Of a stretch of 32,494 nucleotides of DNA, positions 26,831 through 32,494 are shown piece by piece; within the stretch, counting starts at the first letter, position 1, and every line of letters starts with the position of its first letter. The stretch comes from Chloroflexota bacterium (GTDB taxonomy: Bacteria > Chloroflexota > Limnocylindria > Limnocylindrales > CSP1-4), in contig JBDTOF010000392.1 in assembly GCA_039933375.1 (NCBI GenBank), positions 1 to 32,494 on the forward strand, in the 5' to 3' direction. A model generated the notes under the pieces. It saw only the letters and a program-made list of their open reading frames with translations, was not told the origin of the DNA and did no database searches. A program made the translations under genes and the position numbers.

Positions 26831-28129
26831 ATGGATCGATCCCTGAAGGCCGTATTGCTTGGGACGTTCACGCTGCGATTCAGCACCGGCCTGACCGGCG
26901 CCATGCTTGCGTTCTATCTCGCTGACCTGGCGAAGGCCGGGACCAGCGGCGTCGATGGCAAGGTCGTCGGCATGCTCGCGGCGGCATTCTTCCTGGCGGA
27001 ACTGGTCCTCTCCCCTATCTTCGGCGTGCTGGCGGATCGACTTGGGCACCACCGGGTGATGTTGTTCGGCCCGCTCTTCGGCGCGGTCGCCGTAGTCATC
27101 ACGGCCTTTACGAGCCATATCGGCATGCTGGGCGGGACGAGGGTTCTCGAAGGGGCCTCCACAGCTGCCTCGGTTCCGCCGATCCTGGGCTTCATCGCCT
27201 TCGCTACGGCAGGCGATGAGGCGCTCCGAGGCAGGGCATCCGCTCGCTTCGAGGGGGCCACGCTGTCCGGGTTGGGCGCCGGCTTCATCGTCGCTCCGCT
27301 GCTGTTCCAGACGCTCGGCCAGACGGCGTTTCTCCTGAACGCGGTCATCTACATGGGCTCATACGCGATCTACCGCTTCGGTGTGGCCGACCGCGATCAG
27401 CCCAGGCCCGAGGAGGCGGCGACCGGCCCTGCCATCGGCCGCTACCTGGCGCTGGTCAGCCACTCCCACGTCCTGCTCCTGGCTCCGACCTGGATCGCGG
27501 TCAATGCCTCCATTGGCCTGTGGTTCAGTCAGTCGCTCTTCCAGTTCTCCAAGTCGAACCCGGCGTTTCCCGGCCAGTGGCTGCTGCAGGGGTTCTCGGC
27601 CGTTCAGATCACGATCGCGGCAATCGCCATTGCGATCGTCTTCGGCGCCGGCATCCTGTGGTGGGGCAACCGGTTCGACCAGTTTCGGCGCACGACCATC
27701 ATTGCGTTCGGGGTGGCTGGTGGCCTCGGCCTCGTGGCCGCCGGACTCGTCGTGAACCATGCTGCATTCAACGCGGCCGACTCGGTGGTGTTTGGCCTCA
27801 TCGTCGTGGGCGCGGCGGTCGGGTTCGGGGCCGGCCTGTTTGTCCTGGCGGGGGCAACACCGGCGGCAGTGGGTCTTCTCGCCGACGTGAGCGAACGCTT
27901 CCCGACCGACCGTGGAGCGATCATGGGGCTGTACTCGGTCTTTCTGGCGATCGGCCAGATCACCGGCAGCCTGGTGGGCGGCGTCGTGGCCGACGCCATG
28001 GGCATGGATGGGCTGCTCCTGGCCACGGGCGCGCTCCTTCTCGTGGCGCTGGTTCCGCTCTCGAAGCTTCGAACCGTCGAGCACTACCTGGGCCCGGGCA
28101 TGCCTTCCGTCCTTGGTGAAAAGGGCTGA
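26831..28129 (+). CDS. MFS transporter
   Basis: Motif A GVLADRLGHH, about 12 TM segments, RGAIMGLYS; leaderless TACCCT-N7-ATG. Confidence 0.9.
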   Translation: MDRSLKAVLLGTFTLRFSTGLTGAMLAFYLADLAKAGTSGVDGKVVGMLAAAFFLAELVLSPIFGVLADRLGHHRVMLFGPLFGAVAVVITAFTSHIGMLGGTRVLEGASTAASVPPILGFIAFATAGDEALRGRASARFEGATLSGLGAGFIVAPLLFQTLGQTAFLLNAVIYMGSYAIYRFGVADRDQPRPEEAATGPAIGRYLALVSHSHVLLLAPTWIAVNASIGLWFSQSLFQFSKSNPAFPGQWLLQGFSAVQITIAAIAIAIVFGAGILWWGNRFDQFRRTTIIAFGVAGGLGLVAAGLVVNHAAFNAADSVVFGLIVVGAAVGFGAGLFVLAGATPAAVGLLADVSERFPTDRGAIMGLYSVFLAIGQITGSLVGGVVADAMGMDGLLLATGALLLVALVPLSKLRTVEHYLGPGMPSVLGEKG

Positions 28130-28222
28130 GGGCCGCGGTCCGGCGCCCGGTTCGGCAACTCTGAGCAGGTCGGTCCTTATGCGATACTCGATCCAACATC
28201 CAGATCACTCCCGGAGGACCCG

Positions 28223-28495
28223 GTGACCTCGAACGTCGGCCAGAGTTACCCGTACACGAGCGAGTCCGAGGCTGAGCGCTCCGCCGCGATTGCCGCCCTC
28301 ACCGCTTCGCGGGAATCCCTCGGCGGCACCCTGGCCGCTGATACGACGCCGCTCGACGAGAACGATCGCTGGTGGGTCTGGAAGTGCCCGACCTCGGGGT
28401 GCCGTGGCCTGCTCCATGCAGCCGGCTATGCTCGCGACCTCCACGCAGTCTTCGTCGTTTGCGACGGGACCTGCGCACGCACGTTTCTCCGCTGA
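28223..28495 (+). CDS. small hypothetical protein with four Cys (putative Zn ribbon)
   Basis: GGAGG RBS; WKCPTSGC...VCDGTC. Confidence 0.75.
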   Translation: MTSNVGQSYPYTSESEAERSAAIAALTASRESLGGTLAADTTPLDENDRWWVWKCPTSGCRGLLHAAGYARDLHAVFVVCDGTCARTFLR

Positions 28496-28560
28496 TCCCG
28501 CGCTCCGATCGCTGGGTTCCGCAGCTCACCGTGAGAGGCAGCCGGAAGGTGCCCGGGGTC

Positions 28561-29346
28561 GTGGCTGAGCGCGGATCCATCTTCATGGACGTCCGCGCGT
28601 CCCGGCGACGCCTCCGGATCGATGGGCTCGGGATCATCGCCTCGACGGCGGGATTTGGTCTGGTCTATGGACTGGCAGCCCGGGCCGCCGGCTTTTCGCC
28701 GATCGAGGCCAGCTCGATGTCGATCATCGTCTTTGCCGGAGCCTCACAGTTCGCCGCCGTCGGGTTTGTCCTCGGCGGGTTCTCGTGGCTGGGCGTCGTA
28801 CTGCTGACGGCGTTCCTGAATGCCAGGCACTTGCTCTACAGCGCGGCATTGTCCCCCTACCTCGCGGACCAGCCGCGGCTGGTTCGGGCGGCTATGGCGC
28901 ATGTCCTGACCGACGAGTCGTTCGCCCTTTCGATCGCCCACTTTCGGCGCATCGGGCGGGCCGACATGCCCGGCTACTGGTGGGCGGCGATCATCACCGT
29001 CTTTATCCCGTGGAACCTGTCCACGCTCGCCGGGGTGCTGATCGGGGGCCAGATCCCCGACCCGTCGCGGTTCGGACTGGACGTGATCTTTCCGGCGGCC
29101 ATGGCAGGCCTGGCCATCGGTCTCGTCACGGGTCGTCGGGAGCTGGTCGCAGCCTTGGCGGGCGCGGTGGTCGCGGTGGCGGTGGCCCTCGCCTGGGACC
29201 CGGCGGCCGGCATCCTGGCAGGTGGGCTCCTCGGTCCCCTGCTCGGAGTCGCCGTCCCGCGCGGACCGCACGAGCATCCACCCGAGGCGCTCATCGTGAC
29301 GAGACGAACGCCCACCGTCGAGTCAGACGAGATCGTGCCCGGATGA
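28561..29346 (+). CDS. azlC: AzlC family branched-chain amino acid exporter, large subunit
   Basis: VFAGASQF, LNARHLLYS, LTDESFA, GLDVIFPA; start GTG 28561 or ATG 28585. Confidence 0.9.
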   Translation: MAERGSIFMDVRASRRRLRIDGLGIIASTAGFGLVYGLAARAAGFSPIEASSMSIIVFAGASQFAAVGFVLGGFSWLGVVLLTAFLNARHLLYSAALSPYLADQPRLVRAAMAHVLTDESFALSIAHFRRIGRADMPGYWWAAIITVFIPWNLSTLAGVLIGGQIPDPSRFGLDVIFPAAMAGLAIGLVTGRRELVAALAGAVVAVAVALAWDPAAGILAGGLLGPLLGVAVPRGPHEHPPEALIVTRRTPTVESDEIVPG

Positions 29347-29675
29347 GCACGCAGCTGATCTGGCTCGCCATCCTGATGGCAGGGGCGACCTATCCGTGGC
29401 GAGCCGTCCCTCTGCTCGTTCCAGGCATTCAGCGACTACCCGGCGTCGCCCGGGAATACCTCCGCCTTGTCGGTCCCGCGGTGCTAGCCGCCCTGGCAAT
29501 CGTCAATACCGTGGTTACCGTCGGCGCGGCTCGTAATCCGTCGTTGCATGTCGGCATCGAGTGGCTCGCGGTCGGCCTGTGCGTCCTCATTGTCGTCGCC
29601 CGGCGTGGCCTGTTGCTCGGCCTCGTGGGTGCCGCTGCCCTCGCAGCGCTGGCCCGCGCCTCTGGACTGGCCTAG
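29343..29675 (+). CDS. azlD: AzlD family small subunit
   Basis: ATGA overlap with azlC; TYPWRAVP and LVGPAVLAAL; 110 aa, hydrophobic. Confidence 0.85.
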   Translation: MSTQLIWLAILMAGATYPWRAVPLLVPGIQRLPGVAREYLRLVGPAVLAALAIVNTVVTVGAARNPSLHVGIEWLAVGLCVLIVVARRGLLLGLVGAAALAALARASGLA

Positions 29676-29713
29676 ACCGCCGACTCAGAAGCGGACCGCG
29701 TCAACTCGATCTC

Positions 29714-30985
29714 CTAGACGGTGTCGGTGGCCACTGACCGGGGCGAAGTGCGCCACGAGGCGACCATCGGATCGCGGCCCGTCGCCAGCAGGAGTCCGGC
29801 TACGAGGGTCGTCCGCGGAACGATCGAATCGACCTCCAGGTATTCGTCCGGCGAGTGATCGCGACCGCCGATCGGACCGAGACCGTCGATCGACGGCACG
29901 CCCATCCCGGATGTGGTGTTGGCATCGGAAGCGCCGCCAGTCCCAACATCGATGGTCGCGAAGCCGAGGCGTGCCGCGGTTGCGACGGCATGATCCGCCA
30001 GTCGGCCGGATCGCTCGAGCTTCTCCATCGGCAGCCAGCCTGCCATCTGCTCGACATCGACGGTCACGTCAGGTACCCCGGGGTCAGATGCGATCAGGTG
30101 GATCGCGGCGACCGCCTCCTCGAGCTCCTGGCGCGTGACCCCTCGGACATCGACCTCGAGGTGGGCGAGATCCGGGATGACGTTGGGGCGCGTTCCGGAC
30201 TGGAACACCCCGACATTGGCGGTAACGCTGGCCCATCGCCCGTTGAGCGACTGAATCCGTTCGACCATCCGGGCACCGGCGACGATGGCGTTCCGCCCTT
30301 TGTCAGGTTCCACCCCAGCGTGAGCGGCCCGCCCGTGGATGGTCAATCGGAGATCGGCGATACCCTTCCGGGACGAGACGAAGTCGCCGTTCGCTCGGGC
30401 GCATTCGAGTACGAACGCGGCGTCGGCGCGAGCCGCAATCTCGCGGATGTGCGGCGTCGAGCTGGGAGAGCCGATCTCCTCGTCCGGGTTGGCGACATAC
30501 ACGATCTCGTCGAAGGGCAGCGCATCCCAGCGACCGCCCCCGAGCGCCCGGAGCGCTCCCAGCGCGTGGATGCCGGCCAGGAGTCCGCCCTTCATGTCGG
30601 TCACGCCGGGCCCCCGGGCGATCCCGTCGTCGACCCGGAAGGGACGAAGCGCGACGGTCCCATCGGGAAAGACCGTATCCATGTGTCCGATCAGGAGGAT
30701 CCGGGGCCCTGCCCCGACCTTTCCCGAGAACGTACCGATGACTGTGTCGCCGTACCGGCCTGATGGATCAGGGCGGCGTTCCACGCTCCCGCCGAGGGTG
30801 CTGAAGGCACCCGCAACCCAGTCCGCCACCTGGTTCACTCCACTCGGCGAATAGCTCCCGCAGTCGATGCTGCAGAGTTGGGCGAGTTCGTCGAGAAACC
30901 GCGGGAGCCCTTCAGCGACGGTCTGCTCAAGCTGCTCCAACTCGGACGGTGTAACAGTGCCCGCTGGGTCGATGTTGGTGTCCAC
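29714..30985 (-). CDS. M20 metallopeptidase (glutamate carboxypeptidase/ArgE-DapE-like)
   Basis: GHMDTV, DMKGG, DEEIGS, HAG, GGASD, HSPDEY; leaderless TACACT-N6-GTG 30985; no signal peptide. Confidence 0.92.
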   Translation of the reverse strand: MDTNIDPAGTVTPSELEQLEQTVAEGLPRFLDELAQLCSIDCGSYSPSGVNQVADWVAGAFSTLGGSVERRPDPSGRYGDTVIGTFSGKVGAGPRILLIGHMDTVFPDGTVALRPFRVDDGIARGPGVTDMKGGLLAGIHALGALRALGGGRWDALPFDEIVYVANPDEEIGSPSSTPHIREIAARADAAFVLECARANGDFVSSRKGIADLRLTIHGRAAHAGVEPDKGRNAIVAGARMVERIQSLNGRWASVTANVGVFQSGTRPNVIPDLAHLEVDVRGVTRQELEEAVAAIHLIASDPGVPDVTVDVEQMAGWLPMEKLERSGRLADHAVATAARLGFATIDVGTGGASDANTTSGMGVPSIDGLGPIGGRDHSPDEYLEVDSIVPRTTLVAGLLLATGRDPMVASWRTSPRSVATDTV

Positions 30986-31059
30986 GGACAGAGTGTAGGG
31001 CCCGTCGCGCCGGAAGCGCCCGGAGGTCACACCGGCGACGCGCCCGCGGGGTAAAGCGT

Positions 31060-31068
31060 TGCTATCCT
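31060..31068 (+). promoter_or_regulatory. extended -10 (TGcTATCCT) of the CphA-like gene
   Basis: TGn-TAnnnT-N9-GTG. Confidence 0.6.
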
Positions 31069-31077
31069 CCTCGGACC

Positions 31078-32494
31078 GTGCGACTGATCGAGATCCGCCT
31101 GCTCGAAGGGCCCAGCGTCTATCGGCTCGAGCCGGTGGTCAAGGTCGAGGTGTCCCTCGGGCGCCGCCGAAGCTGGTATGGCCAACGTACGCCAGGCCAG
31201 CACGATCTGATCAAGCTTGGGGCGACGGTGCCGCGACGAGACTGGCCCGAGCCCGTCCTGACGATGGCCGGCTGGGCCCGCCGCCTGCGTTCCGAACACG
31301 GTGAGGGGGTTGGTGGAATCCGCGTCCACCGTTCATCGGACCCGGGTCACTGGATCATCACTTGGCCGTGGAGCGGTGCCGAGCGCGCCCGGATGATCGC
31401 CGAAGCCTCCGTGGCGCTGGTTGAGCGGTCTGCTACGCCGGTGCGGCGCGCGCGGCTCACGGGGTCCCAGCAACGACTTCTCGACTCCTGGTCCGACAGG
31501 ATCCAGCGCGCGAGCGCAACACCGCCAGCGTGGATCCGTGACGCGGAGCGGACGATCCCGATCGTTTCGATCTCCGGCACGAACGGGAAGTCAACGACCA
31601 CACGTCTGCTCACCCGGATCCTGCTCCGGATGGGGAGGCACGTCGGAACCACGACATCCGACGGAATTCTCGTCGACGAGCGGATGATCGATCCCGGCGA
31701 TTGGACGGGCCCGGGTGGCGCGCAGGAGATCCTGGGTCGATCGGATATCGACGTGGCGGTCCTCGAGACGGCCCGCGGGGGCCTCGTCCTCCGTGGAGCC
31801 GGCTACGAGTCGAATGAAGCGAGCATCCTGACCAACGTCACGTCCGACCATCTCGACCTCCAGGGCATCCACACCCTCCCGGAATTGGCCGAGGTCAAGG
31901 CAACGATCTGTCGGATCACGAAGCCCACGGGCTCGGTCATCCTGAACGCTGACGATCCGCTCGTCCGTGCCGTCGCCCGCCTGGTTCGCGGAACAGTCGT
32001 CCTCTTCACCCTCAGGGGCCACGCGTCGGCACCGGTCCGTCGCCACCTCGCGGTCGGCGGGCGAGCCTATATGGTCCAGCGCGGAGAGCTCGGCGAGGCG
32101 AACGGCGAGGACTGGACGCCGATCGTGCCGGTCCACGAGATCCCGATCACGATGGCCGGTCTGGCGCGCCACAACGTGGCCAATGCGCTGGCCGCGGCCG
32201 CCGGCGCTCGGGCACTGGGTGCCACGATCGAGCAAGTGCGGAGGGGTCTGCTCGACTTCCGACCGACCCAGGACGAGTCGCCGGGCAGAACCAACGTGTT
32301 CCGAAACGGCAACCGGATCGCGATCATCGATTTCGCCCACAACGAGGCTGGACTGGGCGCCATCCTCGATCTGGCTGACGGAATCGCCTCGGGTGCTGGA
32401 GGCAGGGTCACGCCCATCACGGCCATCATCGGGACGGCCGGCGATCGACCCGACGACACGCTGCGCGGCATGGGCGCGATCGCCGCCGCCCGCG
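31078..32494 (+). CDS. cyanophycin-synthetase-like Mur ligase (N + M domains, no ATP-grasp); 3' end lies outside the window
   Basis: Absent from the ORF track because there is no in-window stop. Hand translation is open for 472 codons: MRLIEIRLLEGPSVY..., ISGTNGKSTT, DWTGPGGA, AVLETARGG, TNVTSDHL, LNADD, HNVANALAA, PGRTN, DFAHN, GDRPD. Confidence 0.88.
   Translation, partial: MRLIEIRLLEGPSVYRLEPVVKVEVSLGRRRSWYGQRTPGQHDLIKLGATVPRRDWPEPVLTMAGWARRLRSEHGEGVGGIRVHRSSDPGHWIITWPWSGAERARMIAEASVALVERSATPVRRARLTGSQQRLLDSWSDRIQRASATPPAWIRDAERTIPIVSISGTNGKSTTTRLLTRILLRMGRHVGTTTSDGILVDERMIDPGDWTGPGGAQEILGRSDIDVAVLETARGGLVLRGAGYESNEASILTNVTSDHLDLQGIHTLPELAEVKATICRITKPTGSVILNADDPLVRAVARLVRGTVVLFTLRGHASAPVRRHLAVGGRAYMVQRGELGEANGEDWTPIVPVHEIPITMAGLARHNVANALAAAAGARALGATIEQVRRGLLDFRPTQDESPGRTNVFRNGNRIAIIDFAHNEAGLGAILDLADGIASGAGGRVTPITAIIGTAGDRPDDTLRGMGAIAAAR

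Noticed and set aside
28785-29342. Extension of AzlD (296-aa track ORF)
   Set aside because: Off-frame overlap with azlC; the ATGA-coupled start at 29343 gives a normal AzlD

Overview
High-GC bacterial chromosomal segment, mostly housekeeping. The gene content (class I LysRS, membrane PPase, type III PanK) fits Chloroflexota, though this taxonomy is inference only. Left to right: 5' half of tRNA-Ser(UGA), GNAT-like protein, serS, class I lysS, greA, argR, uppP, K+-independent hppA, an Ig-like/beta-propeller surface protein, lepB plus a degenerate HyfE/NuoN-like membrane pair, ndk, helical hypothetical, M16 peptidase, NCS2 purine permease, hypothetical, coaX-coaBC-panB-panC, stand-alone BioD-like/DRTGG protein, hypothetical, gdhA, degV, MFS, small 4-Cys protein, azlCD, M20 peptidase, and an ORF missing from the supplied track (31078 to window end). 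That ORF is the most notable item: it looks like cyanophycin synthetase with the N domain joined directly to the Mur-ligase (M) domain and no ATP-grasp domain, divergent from the M20 peptidase. Other points: an orphan antiporter-like pair that appears to lack its charged residues, a possible COMMD-like protein, frequent leaderless promoters, and structured 5' leaders on greA, hppA and the NCS2 permease. I saw no mobile element, CRISPR array or rRNA. All family calls come from motif recognition by eye; no searches were run.
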